Source of the DNA: Eledone cirrhosa
Taxonomy: Eukaryota
Length of the DNA: 64,000 nucleotides
Assembly: GCA_964016885.1 (NCBI GenBank)
Contig: OZ024740.1
Coordinates: 250,790,001 to 250,854,000, forward strand
Direction of reading: 5' to 3'
The notes beneath the pieces were generated by a model, which was not told the DNA's origin, made no database searches, and saw only the letters and a program-made list of their open reading frames with translations. The position numbers and the translations under genes were made by a program. Below are positions 41,328-54,012 of this stretch, in pieces; position 1 is the stretch's first letter, and each line of letters opens with the position of its first letter.

Positions 41328-41634
41328 AATTTTTGTTAAAAATACATAAAAAGCAAAGCGCAAAGCAAACTTTTTGAGTCTTCAAAAACCATCTCCAAAT
41401 GAGTAAAATATAAAATACATATATATAAAAATGTAAACACATGAATGATCCACAGTTCAAATTAAAGCCAGTAAAATTTACAGGTTAGATATCTAAACTA
41501 TATATTTAAAACAGAAATAGAAAAATAAAGATCTGAATCAAAGTTTAAAATATCCACAAAGCCATAGGTTATGCATATCCAACCTGCAAACAAGTTATTA
41601 AACAAGTGTCACTCATTCTAACATTATTTCCATT

Positions 41635-42068
41635 TGGTGGATTGGCAGTATCGGTAGAGGGTCGGACGCCATGCTTTGACGCATAGAGTTACGGCCCTTG
41701 CCATTCTCAGTTCAAATCCCGCCGAGGTTAACTTTGCCTTTCATCCTTACGGGGTCGATAAAATAAAGTACCAGTAATGTACTGGGTAATTTCTGGCCTT
41801 GTGCCAATAGTAGAAACAATTATTTCCATTTGGTAATGCACTGGGTAATTGCTGGCCTTGTGCCTAAAGTAGAAACAATTATTTCCATTTGGATTGGCAG
41901 TATCGGTAGAGGGTCGGACGCCATGCTTTCCAGAATAGTTACGTCCCTTTACGATCTGAGTTCAAATCCCGCCGAGGTTGACTTTGCCTTTCATCCTTAC
42001 GGGGTCGATAAAATAAAGTACCAGTAATGTACTGGGTAATTGCTGGCCTTGTGCCTAAAGTAGAAACA
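41635..42068 (+). mobile_element. Three stacked SINE insertions
   Basis: Full, 3'-fragment and full copies separated by repeated attatttccatt. Confidence 0.9.
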
Positions 42069-42080
42069 ATTATTTCCATT

Positions 42081-44650
42081 ATAAATGATTAGAAGATAAA
42101 GCATTATTAAAGTTTTATAAGCCGTTATGATTTATATGTTCAACAGTTGATGATGTACGTCTAAAAACTAGGCTTGGTTGCTTACTGTTTTTCCCTGACT
42201 TTGCGAGGCTTGGAATGTAGACAAAGCTTTATGAAGGCAGTTTGAGAATAATTCACTTTTTTTGTTAATTAAGTTTTCATAATTATTAATTATCAATAGG
42301 GTCTCCATTGTACAGAGGGCCAAGTTACTTGATATACTTGAGTTGAGATCCAAAAGATCGAGTATTATCCAAAAGATCGAGTATTTAAAATTTTTGTCTT
42401 TTAATGGCCATATAAGCTGTGATAAAGAAGTCGAAGATTTCCTATTAGAATTCGAGAATGAGCATTTATGATTCGCAAATCTAGCCTTAAATGTAGAAGA
42501 AGTCGCTCCTATGTAGTTGTATGTGTTGTTATCAGTTTTTACGGTGCATATAAATGCACCGTAAAAACTGATAACAACAAATTACTGTCCAAACAATTAT
42601 TTTGCAGAGGGCAATCTGGTTTATTTCTACAATTACATTTTGATTTATTATTATTTATGTTAACACTATTATTAATATCATTATGGTGATTTTGATTTAG
42701 AATTTTACTGTTTATTTTAGCAATGTTTTGGACATTATTCATAGTTGGAGAATAAGATAATTTAATAGTGTGTCTATTAAAAATGGAATGGTATTTATGT
42801 TGACTAGGGAAAGAGCTATCCAAAGCTTTAAAGAATAGGTTAGCTATTGGTGTTCTTACTGCTACAGAAGCGGGGGGGGGGGGCAAACCATATAACTGAT
42901 TTAGTTCTAGTTCTTTTTCTCGATTTGTTCACTGTATAGGTGTTTGAATTATAATTACTAGAATTTATAGAATTTCGTTTATATATGCCATTATTTTTAT
43001 CAGGATTCAAACTTGGATTATTATTATCTACATATTCTATATTATTCTCATAACCTGCTCTTTTTAGCGCTTCATTGTAATATCCTGCATTTTCATCAAA
43101 TATTGCTTTATTGGTAGATATTCTGTTAATGGGTTTTTGCACACTATTTACAATTGCTTTTTTTTACTGACTTAGGGTGATTGGAGTAATCACTAACGTA
43201 ATTTAAGTTTTCATTGGGCTTATGGAAAGGGTAATAAAAGCCAGAGTTTAAGTTAAACGTAACATCAAGGAAATTAACTATTTTTGTACCACTTTCTACT
43301 TCTAGCTTGTCATACATTTTAAAGAATTCAATTATATTTTTCTTTACTCTATTTAGTTCAATATTGTTGTGTTTGACAACCGTAAATAAAATGTCGTCCC
43401 TATATAAACCACCGGTAATCTCCGGCAGTTTTCTATTTATCATATTTAATATGAAAATCCCCAGAAGATCTATGATTTGCGCTGAATCAGATGACCCCAT
43501 GGTAATATCAAAGTTTCTATTTCTATCTGAGCGGGTCAAATACTCGTTGTCGAAGTTAATAAGAGTTCTTCTAGCTGTTAATGTGATATCAATTTCATCC
43601 GTGGTTAGATGCTTGTAAGCGTATGATAGAGCCTTATTTAGTAGGTTGGGCGTTATGGAAGAATAATAGCTTGTTATGTCCATCTGGATGAATTTACGGT
43701 TTTTCTTATCATCTATATTCTTATACCATTCTATGACTTCGTTTGTATCTTTCCACAAGCTCAATTTAGACCTCAATTTCAGAGCAGGTAGAATTCTATC
43801 AATAATGTTTTTACTGATTACTCCAATATCCGATTTGGATGGAGCAATCAGTCTAACTGGCATATCTTCCTCGAAGTTTCTTTTGTGATCTTTTAAGTTG
43901 ATCTGCGGCTGCCTAGGTATAAGTGGCTCTGTTCTTCCTTCGATTCCTAAATTGGTAATTAATTTAAATGCATCATCATTAATGTATATAAGATCTTTAG
44001 CCGGGACTTTTTTATAATTTTTCCTAAGTTCCTTTAAAATCAAGTTATTATATACTTCTTTGGCGGTGGATTGGCAGTATCGGTAGAGGGTCGGACGCCA
44101 TGCTTTCCAGCATAGTTACGTCCCTTTATGATCTGAGTTCAAATCCCGCCAAGGTTGACTTTGCCTTTCATCCTTACGGGGTCGATAAAATAAAGTACCA
44201 GTAATGCACTGGGTAATTGCTGGCCTTGTGCCTAAAGTAGAAACAATTATATACTTCTTTGTTTATCCCATATAAATTGTTTGTTTTGTCCGATTTAACA
44301 AATATTTTGATTTCCGTGATTTTTTTCTTTTAGAGTTCTAAGGTATTGGTGACCTATATATGGGTTTTTCCTAAATTTAATTTTTTTAAAGTATACCGAG
44401 CATTTCAGTTTCAAAATCCCCCAGGTGTTTGTTGTATGGAGGATTCTTTCTTGATTTAAATAAAGATTCGAAATGATTGCTGTTGGTTTTTCTTTCAGCA
44501 TCTTTATTTTCGAAATGAAATGCTCACCATCTCATTCTTCTTATAAAAGAGTTTGTTTGTTCGATAATTTTCCTCATGTATTCCTAATTTGAGGGATGTC
44601 GGGAAGGTTAAGAAATCCATATTTATTGAATATGCAATCTATTGTTTAAC
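42081..44650 (-). mobile_element. PLE (Naiad-like), near full-length ORF, disrupted
   Basis: FIQMDITSYY, FDITMGS, GLYRDD, SNHP, VIWFAPP, CNCRNKPDCPL, LCTMET. Confidence 0.9.
44062..44245 (+). mobile_element. tRNA-derived SINE inserted in PLE ORF
   Basis: TSD attatatacttcttt (from 44047 and 44246). Confidence 0.92.
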
Positions 44651-44652
44651 TC

Positions 44653-44735
<83 letters not shown>

Positions 44736-45084
44736 TTTCATCCTGCACTCACGAACGCTATATTTTTCTCTCTCTGCTCATAGCCCTCGTTCGTGTAGGT
44801 TCTATTCTCTAAGCGCTCATATATTCACCTAGCTTATGCTAAACAGAATAATTTTTGAAGCTTGTTTCTATCCCCTACGGTATGCTATACTTTCGGTTGT
44901 TCTCCTGTCTCACTCGCTTTACGCGTTTTAATTGTCCTAATAACTTATTTTGGTTATTATTGCACCGAAGTGAGATATATGATTTTTAATGCAATGAAAT
45001 ATCTATGATCTTCGGCAAATCACTGATGAGGGACTTATTTTATTACATGTTATCCATGTGCTACCTGCAGTATTTTTCTCTATA

Positions 45085-45157
<73 letters not shown>

Positions 45158-45518
45158 TAGGCCGATGCACAATATATATCTAAATTCATGTAAACGAAAC
45201 TTCATCGTTCTTATATATATATTATATGTGTATGTCATCCAGTATCTCTTTCTTACGGGCAATGCAGTAACTGTTGACCATCCATCCATTCTGATTGTAT
45301 AATAATATATTTCTTGACACCTGTCACCTCTCTAAATGACCCAACTTTATTATATTGTTCTAATCCTGCATATTTCACTTATAACGCGAGGCTATACCCA
45401 CACATGCGTATCTTGTGTATTTGCATGTGTAGTTGTATGTAAACTCCCGCGCTTGGACAAACATGTATGTATTATGGTATTACTTTACTACTATCATTAT
45501 TATATATTATATAACTAA

Positions 45519-45704
45519 GGGCGGTGGATTGGCAGTATCGGTAGATGGTCTGACGCGATGCTTTGACGCATAGAGTTACGGCCCTTTCCATTGTGAGTTC
45601 AAATCTGGCGGAGGTTAACTTTGCCTTTCATCCTTACGGGTCGATAAAATAAAGTATCAGTAATGCACTGGGTATTTGTTGGGCTTGTGCCAAAAGTAGA
45701 AACA
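45519..45704 (+). mobile_element. tRNA-derived SINE
   Basis: TSD attatataacta (45506-45517/45705-45716). Confidence 0.9.
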
Positions 45705-45726
45705 ATTATATAACTATATTGTATTA

Positions 45727-47249
45727 CTAGCAGTTTAGCCCGGCGTTGCTCGGGTTTGTTCATTTGCTATGAAAAGTTACATGCATGTAAATGTGGCTTG
45801 AAAACGAATAAGCTTATCAATTAAGTGCATAAAGCAGTTGAACAGGTTATTAAAAGTTACGAACCAATTAGCATTTTGGACAATCAATGATGGGTTAATA
45901 ATCTTCCAATAGCAAATTTAGCAGACCAAAGTTGCAAGATGGTGGCCCTGATGCCACTGGGTGTCAAGAGGGAGTAGCGAAAAATTTCAATTGAACAGTG
46001 AATAAGTGGAAATTGAGTATTAAGTAAGTTGTATGAAGAATGCACGTCAAATAGTAAGTCAAACCTGTAAGCCAAGCCCGTCTGAGTTGAAGCACAAAAG
46101 AGCGTAAACAGGGGCGACATTTTGGAGTACACTGGAAAAAAAATCATCGAAATCGGAGGTTCCTGAAAAACGTTTTCTCAATATTTTTTTGTCTCATATT
46201 GCGAAAAACAAAGAAAAAAAATTACAAAAAGGACAACAATAAAATATAATGTCTTTGTTGATATTCAAGTAAATGAATGCTTAAGCGTCGTTATGATTAC
46301 TTTTATTGTTTTAGAAATTCATCTGTTGCTTTTGAATATTTGTTATTTGATGTAACGTTGAGAGAGGAATATGTATTTAGTGTTACAGGCTTTTTAAGTT
46401 TTGTTATTTGATGTTCAAATCCAGCCGAGGTTAACTTTGCCTTTCATCCTTACGGGGTCGATAAAATAAAGTACCAGTAATGTACTGGGTAATTGCTGGC
46501 CTTGTGCCAATAGTAGAAACAGTTATTTGATGTATGAGCGTCGTTATGGCTATGTTTATTGTTGTATAAAATGATGTGTTGCTTAGTTATCAAAGTTTAT
46601 TTCGCGTTCCTGAACGAAGAGGGGAATGATCTATTATAGAGAGAGGGAAGAGCGACGGAGAGAGTGAAGCTAAGAAACCATAAGGAGGTGTGTTAAACCT
46701 TGAAGCATAAAGAGAGAAACGCAATTAAATTATAGAGAGGGGGAATAATCTATTGTAGATAGAGGGAAGAGCGACGAAGAGAGTAAAGCTATGGTTGTTG
46801 TTGTATAAATCGATGTGTTGCTTAGGTTTCAAAGTTTGTGTCACGTTCCTTGAAAAGAAGTTTTGTCGCTGTTCTAAACTATAAAGGTGATAGGGTAGTA
46901 GACGGAGGCAGTAACCTTTTAAAGAGAGTTGCAGAGGAGATTGAGGGGGAAGTATAGGGAGTGATGAACCTTTTAAAGAGAGTTGCAACATGTATTTAGT
47001 TTCATATAATTTTGAGGGTAGTAGTGAGAGGAATGAAGCGTGTAAGAGAGAGGGTTACAGCATGTATTTAGCTTTATCGATATCTTTTCATAGAAGCAGG
47101 AAATTTTTGGCAAAACTTATTACGCGTTGACCTGCCTTGGTAAATTTGGAGCAGATTCGAAAGAAAAATCATAAAAGAGAAATATGGAAATGCATAAAAA
47201 TCATACATACACACAGACAGACATCTTTCGTTTTATATATATATATAGA
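45727..47249 (-). mobile_element. Non-autonomous Helitron
   Basis: Minus strand starts A|TC(TA)n and ends with a GC hairpin (45738-45755) then CTAG|T; no TSD; cagacagac motif near the 5' end. Confidence 0.75.
46415..46521 (+). mobile_element. 5'-truncated SINE nested in the Helitron
   Basis: 12-bp TSD gttatttgatgt. Confidence 0.88.
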
Positions 47250-47264
47250 TATTGTATTATTATA

Positions 47265-48970
47265 TTGTTGGGAACACACTCTTTCAGCAGAAAGACAAAT
47301 ATAAGACAACTTGGATGCATCCAGGTTCCAAGAAGTGGCACCTTATTGACTTTGTTTTAACAAGGAACCATGATGTCAGGGATATCATATTGGTTCGTGT
47401 ATTGCGAGGCGCGGAATGTTGGACTGACCATCGTCTGGTGCGCGCCAAGTTTCAATTTGTTGTGAAGCCCAAAGTAAGGGGGAAGAGGGTTGCACTTCCA
47501 AAACAACTAAACGTGACTCGTCTGAAGACAGAAGTCAGAGCTGAGCTATCGAAGTCCACTGAGTCCATGGAATGTGAAACATGTGGGAATCATTGAAGAA
47601 AACCGTCTATGATGTTAGTGCTGGAATTTTAGGTCTCACCAATAGAAAGCATAAAGACTTGTTCGATGAAAATGATGCAGTGAACCAGACCTTGCTTGAA
47701 GAAAAACAAAAAGTGCTGACATCATTGTTGTGTGAGACATGTTCTGACAAGAGTGACCAGACCGTCAAGCAGATCAAGGCACGTGTGCAACGTCGATTGA
47801 GAGCCATGCAGGATACCTGGTTGAGAAAAAAGGCTGATAATATCCAGAAAGCCTCAGATAGACATGATACAAAGCTCTTATACAATCTGCTCAGGGAGGT
47901 TTATGGTCCGACCGGTCCACAAATATCCCACTTCACTCCAGGGACGGTAAGGAATTGCTCAGAGATCCGAAGGAAATCCTGATCAGGTGGCATGACAACT
48001 TTGATGAGCTCCTCAACAGATCATCAGAAATCGATGATGAGTTCATCCGGTCGATTCCATCCAGACCTATAAAACTGGCAATGACTGATCCTCCTTCATT
48101 TGATGAAGGAGGATCAGTTATTCAGGCCATTGCCAAATTAAACAGCGGCAAGTCACCTTGAATGGATGGACTTAGTGCCGAGATCTTCAAGTGTGCTGGT
48201 GATAACATTTTAAAGCGCCTAACTGATCTCTTTGTGAATGTTTAGAATGAAGATGTACCACAGGACTGGAAAGATGCAGTGATGGTGGTACTTTACAAAA
48301 GAAAAGGAGCCAAAAATGATTGTGGCAACTACAGAAGTATTTCACTGCTATCTGTGGCTGGGAAGATCTTGTGCAGGATTTTATTGGACAGATTGATACA
48401 GCACATTGCTGTTGAGGTACTTCCTGAGTCCCAATATGGCTTTAAGATTGGTAGAGGCATTGTTGACATGATCTTCTCGGCCAAACAACTTCAAGAGAAA
48501 TATATTGAGCAGTGCATAGACTTATGCCAAGTTTTCGTTGATCTGACCAAGGAATTTGACACCGTTAATCGGAAGGCTTTGTGGAGAGATTGGGCTGTCC
48601 TGAAAAGTTTGTGAACATACTGGAACTCTTCCACGATGACATGCAGGCATGGGTAAATATTGAGGTAAACTGTCTGAGCCAATCTCGGTTGAAAATGGTG
48701 TCAAGCAGGGTAATATACCTGCACCAACTTTGTTTGCCTTGTATTTCACAATGGTTTTCTTCATGGCTTCAAGGATTGTCAACACGGTATCTATCTAATA
48801 TATCGCACTTCCGGCAATCTGTTTAATCTGAGGCATTTCACTGCCAACACTAAGGTACTGAGTACCTTGATCAGAGAATTTCTGTATGCAGATGATTGTG
48901 ATCTCTTTACACACTCCCAGAGTGACATGCAACACCTTTTGAATTCTTTTTCCAATGCTTTGGGACTGAC
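47265..48970 (+). mobile_element. RTE-clade LINE internal fragment
   Basis: TTWMHPGSKKWHLIDF, CWTDHRLV, NYRSISLLS, FLYADD; related to 6905-10305. Confidence 0.9.
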
Positions 48971-48972
48971 AG

Positions 48973-49335
48973 GTTTTACTCAACCCTACGGGAGTATATA
49001 TTAAATTCAAAGGGATATATATATAATTAGACATAGTCACAGATACATATATGAGTTTGGCAACCTTCACAGTGTGGCTCAATGAAGAATTAATTAAGAA
49101 AATAGTGGTTGATTCATACGGACTAGGAGAGGAAATACTATATATATTGTATCTAATAGTTCTGCAGACTTGCAATTTTATATATAGCTCTGATTAATGA
49201 TTATTTGCTTAATTAATTCTTCATTGAGCCACAGCGTGAAATTTTGCCAAACTCATATATGTATCTGTGACTATGTCTAATTATATATATACCCCTTTGA
49301 ATTTAATATATACTCCCGTAAGGTTGAGTAAAACT
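48973..49335. repeat. ~125-bp inverted repeat (probable PLE-type end inversion)
   Basis: 48973-49098 is the reverse complement of 49208-49334. Confidence 0.75.
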
Positions 49336-49737
49336 TTAGGCAGTATTCGGCTGCGCTTTCTAGCAACCAGCCTACTCGCCGACAGGCACCAATCACAAAT
49401 GATTGGTAGCCACGTGATAGTTCTTAGCCATTTTGAATTCATTTCTGGCGGGGATCATGGTAGAAAAAACTTAGTCCAGTCTGAGGTATCTCCTATTGAG
49501 TTCCAAGCCTCGTGGATAGATCCAAGATCGGGTATATCCAAAAGGTGGAACGAAACCGCTGGTGGTTGGGACTAGAAGAATTTTGATAAAGTTTATGTGC
49601 ATTTTTTCTTCAAATTTTGTACCTAACTTCGTATAGTTAATTATTTGTCTAGTCAATTTCTACATGAACGTGGTTTCTCTACCCTCGTAATTTTAGACAC
49701 AGAATTTACTGTGTTTATTTCTACATATATTATTATA

Positions 49738-49812
49738 TAATTGTTTCGACTTTAGGCACAAGGCCAGCAATTATCCAGTGCATTACTGGTACTTTATTTT
49801 ATCGACCCCGTA
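49738..49812 (-). mobile_element. SINE 3' fragment
   Basis: Matches the SINE tail; atatatattattatataat duplicated on both sides. Confidence 0.8.
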
Positions 49813-49894
49813 TATATATTATTATATAATGCTCAGTATTTATACTTTGAGCTTGTTAATTGCAGGTTATCAATATGAGTTAACAAACTTTTAA

Positions 49895-52800
49895 GTTCGG
49901 TCAGTTATCGCACGATCGGATCAAAATCCCGGCGAGTCGAACGGGCAACGGAGTCACAGATTCAAAGAGCTATGGGTGCCGTCTGGGCACAGAAAACATA
50001 TATAGCCCGGGGATCGAGATATGGCACTGTGGATGTGCTCTTTGCTACACCAGAGGAAGCCAGAGCACACTCCATTGCACCACTCCACCGAGACGAAATC
50101 ACAATGATGCCCACATACTGTGGCTAGAGAGTCATGTGGGTTCGAGTAGCCCAGGTTCCACCCTCAGTGGAGATGGCGTGGTTGACGGCAGCCGTCCTCG
50201 CTGACGTTGAGGATTCAACAGCCATACTCAATGTCATACGAATAACACAGGAAAATTGGACATGGTCGGGGATGGAGCTAATCATCCAAGTAAACCACGA
50301 AAGCGTTGAGGTCATCCCCGATGTAATAGGCCTGGACGACGGCAGCCATCTACCCGTGACTGTCGAAGGTAGGCGCCCAAGGTGTCATGGATGCGGTGAT
50401 AAAACGCACCTTAAGGCATTCTGCCCCAAAATTACCAAAACATGCACGCGCCCACCCCTTCTCTCCACGCCGTGCCCCGCAACTGGAGCAGACAAACAAA
50501 CAAAGAACACAGTGGCAGAAGAGAAATCACTATCCCCAACAACAAAAACACCATCTCTTCCACCACCCACAAAACCAATGGAAAGCATAGCCCTTCCTGA
50601 TATAGCCAAATCGGACAAGGAGTGCGATGAGGCCGAAGAGTGGAGAACTATTCCAACAAAAAAAGGAAGAACTCCCTACCCCCCCCCCCCCCCCCCAAGA
50701 GGAAGAAAGAACCTTAAAAAAAAAGAAAATGAAAACTACCCCACCTCCTCCACCACCATCAACAGCCACACCCCTACAACCACCTCCACCATCATTTATA
50801 CTACAGAATAGGTAGTATAAATGTAAGTGGCCTGGGGTCGTCTTGGAAGCAGGGGCGCCTGCTGAACGATCTCAGGTCGCTAAACATAGATGTGGTGGCC
50901 ATCAGCGAGACCAGAATCTCCAAGGCACGGGCCTTCGCACCGATCTTCGGTGCCTACGATGTGTACGCATCTCCCAGCCGTCCTGGATCGGGGGGAGCAG
51001 TTGCTGTGCTTTTTCGGAGAGGTTTGGATCTCGCCATGCCCAGAAGGTAAGTTGGTGGTGCTGGATGTGAACAGCGGAGACGGGCAAGCTTTCAGGATAG
51101 TGGTCGTCTATGCCCCGACATGAGCAGGGCGGCCTGATATCTTCCGGCGTCTGGAGACCTTTCTTGGAACATCCCGCTCTTTAGTGTTAGTGGACGACTG
51201 GAACGGGATCTTAGATGCACGCTGGGACTGTGTGGATCTGCGGATAGGGTAAGAGGGTGCAAGAGCCTCACGAACCTGCTCAGGCGGTTTGAACTGTCTG
51301 ACAGGTACCGATTGGATTTCCCGAATGTGCCAATGTGGACTTGGACAAACCGCATCGGTTCATCCAGATCATAATCGATCCCGGGCAAATGTGTGAAGCT
51401 TTTCAGCGACACTTCGCTCAGCTGTTCGGAGGCAGCGGTGGGCCGGATCGAGGGATGGACTTTAGTGTCTACCACGACGGACTGCCGCGGCTCTCGGCCC
51501 CTGAGGCGGAGTGTTGCGAAAAGCCAATAACAGCCGCTAATGTACGGGAGGCAATGACTGGCTGCACAAGGGGTAAATCGCCTAGTTTTGGATGGTCTGC
51601 CCTATGAACTTTACGTACAGATGCCAGACTTGTTCGGAGGCCTCTTGGCGAACATCTACGGCAACTGGCAACAGAACGGGAGAATTCCCAGCTCTGTGAG
51701 CCGAGGAGCGGTGGCGCTGCTGAGAAAGGATCCGAACAAGGGTGATAACATAGATAAATTCAGGCCCATAACTCTTCTAAACACAGAGTTCAAGATTTTG
51801 GCCAAGGTGCTAGCAAAGAGGTTGGTTCTTGTCGTTGGTGGCCTGGTTGGAGAGGCGCAGACATGCGCCATTCCTGACAGATCCATCCACGACAACCTCC
51901 ACCTCATGCGATACATCGTGGAGAGGGTAGCTAAGGAACCTGGCACGGCTGGGTCCTTGATCAATTTAGATCAGTCGAAAGCGTTCGATAGGGTCGACCA
52001 TCGTTACCTAGCGGCAGTCCTGAGGGCGGCTGGCTTTGGGCCCGTCTTCAGAGGCTGGATCGCTGCGATATCTGCTCTGTGGTGAAAGTTAACGGTCACC
52101 TTTCGGAACCGTTCAACATCATGCGCTCGGTCCGCCAAGGATGTCCCCTTTGGTCCCTCTTGTACGTATTGACTCTCGAGCCATTACTGCACAAACTGGA
52201 GAGGTTAAGGGGGTCCCGCGCGAACTAGGATGCGGAAGATCTGTGTCAGCATATACGGACGATGTCAACGTAGTGGTGTCGGACGCCAAACACATCGAGG
52301 CGATCGGCACTACACTAAGAGAATACGAAGCGGTGAGAGGAGCAATGATCAACCAGGAAAAGTCTGTGGGCCTGCAGCTCGGCACCTGGAGAGACAGGTC
52401 CATGCCGTCCAACCGCGTCGTCGGGCGCTGGTCGGATGGACCGGTTAAATTGCTAGGAGTCTGGTTCGGTCCGGACCTCCAGACGGACAAAAATTGGGAC
52501 GAGGTGACGAGCAGGGTGGCTTCTCTCACCCAGAAATGGGCGGAGAGGAAGCTATCTCTGAAAGGTCGAGCGGAGGTGGCTAACGCGTACATCGCGTCCG
52601 TCATCTGCTACCGCCTGACCGTCGTACCTTGTCCTAAGCCTCGCCTGACTGCGCTGGAGCGTTTGCTCTTTCGCTTTTTGTAGAAGGGACGCGCTCCGAT
52701 GGTCAGGTGGTCCATCTGCTGTCAACACCCGTTATGTGGAGGGCTGCGCATGCCTTGTCTGATGATCGCAGACACGCGCTCAGGTTACGACATCTCCACC

Positions 52801-53822
52801 TCTTCCTCGACGGTGATCAGGTGTGGTCGCCGTTTGCTAGACGCGTCTTTCCCCAGCTCGTCTCCTTGACGCAGATGCAGTCCTGGGTCAAGCGAAGACC
52901 TAGGGGGAGCTCTTGGAGACTGGAATGTCTTCAGGAACTCATATCCCTCGACCAATCGGGCAATGTGATCGGTGGAAACTCCACCTCGGCGTTCTATAGA
53001 GGATTAGTGGAGGGGAAGAGCGACGACGTACTTGGGGAAACTCTAGGCATCGACGAAAATCAACTAGCCAATCTCTTCGGAAGAAGCTTCGGGCCGGGGC
53101 CTATGGACAACTTCCAGAAATCCCTGGCCTGGCAGTGCTACCGAGGAGCTTTGCCAGTTCGGGATAAACTCTACAGGCATGGAGGTGCCGTCAGCCGGGC
53201 ATGTCCGAGATGCGCGCAAGGCGACGAAACTGTCCTGCACTTACTCGTCCAGTGTCCGAGCATTGCTGACTTGTGGGTTTATGTCGAACACCTGCTGTCG
53301 AGTGTAGGACGGATCCAGCTATCTGCTGAGTCCATCGTGAGGATTGCCCCGCCCTCCTCCTTTAGCCGGGAAGGGCAGGCAGTTTTTATCTGTCTGGTGG
53401 CTATGGCGAAAGAGATAGTATGGTGGATACGTTTGAAAGGGCTGACGAGCACTTACCTCTTCGGTGAGACGCTGATTAACGTTTTCAAATTTCATTTGAA
53501 AAGGAAAATCAGGATAGAGAGGGAAGTGCTCTCTTCCCATCATTTTGTTGAAAGAGGCAAGAATGGGCCTACTCAGAGTATGCGTCTGTAAATTAAAGGT
53601 GGAAAACTTGGAGAGGGCACCTGCCCTGGTGGTCAGGGTCACTGTGGTCTTTTAATGGGCTTTCTCCACAAATGTCCCTCGGAAGTCTCCACCCTATTGG
53701 GGAATTTTTCTTTGTTATTTTATTACATCCTCTGTTTTTTACACGCAGAAATGCCCATTTGTACCGTCCTGTATTGTCCTGTACTGTCCTTAATGTCTAC
53801 TTTATGTAAACCCTTGTGTGGC
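49895..53822 (+). mobile_element. Tx1/L1-clade LINE (partial ORF1 + ORF2, internal deletions)
   Basis: ORF1 CCHC (RPRCHGCGDKTHLKAFC), APE, RT, C-terminal CPRC knuckle; lacks ~570 bp present at 63334-63902. Confidence 0.92.
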
Positions 53823-54012
53823 AGTATCGGTAGAGGGTTGAACGCCATGCTTTCTAGCATAGTTACGTCCCTTTACGGTCTGAGTTCAAATCCCGTCGAG
53901 GTTAACTTTGCCTTTCATCCTTACGGGGTCGATAAAATAAAGTACCAGTAATGTACTGGGATAATTGCTGGTCTGGTGCCAAAAGTAGAAACAATTATTA
54001 TTATTATTATTA
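53819..54012 (+). mobile_element. tRNA-derived SINE with (ATT)n tail
   Basis: Matches the SINE consensus. Confidence 0.9.

Noticed and set aside
41623-42080. CRISPR-like repeat-spacer pattern
   Set aside because: The repeats are TSDs and the spacers are SINE copies; eukaryotic context with no cas genes
15690-44650. Selenoprotein (in-frame UGA at Cys) as reported for some Naiad PLEs
   Set aside because: The CNC...CP(L)...C linkers examined (17370, 26200, 37580, 42620) use Cys codons, and no SECIS was recognised
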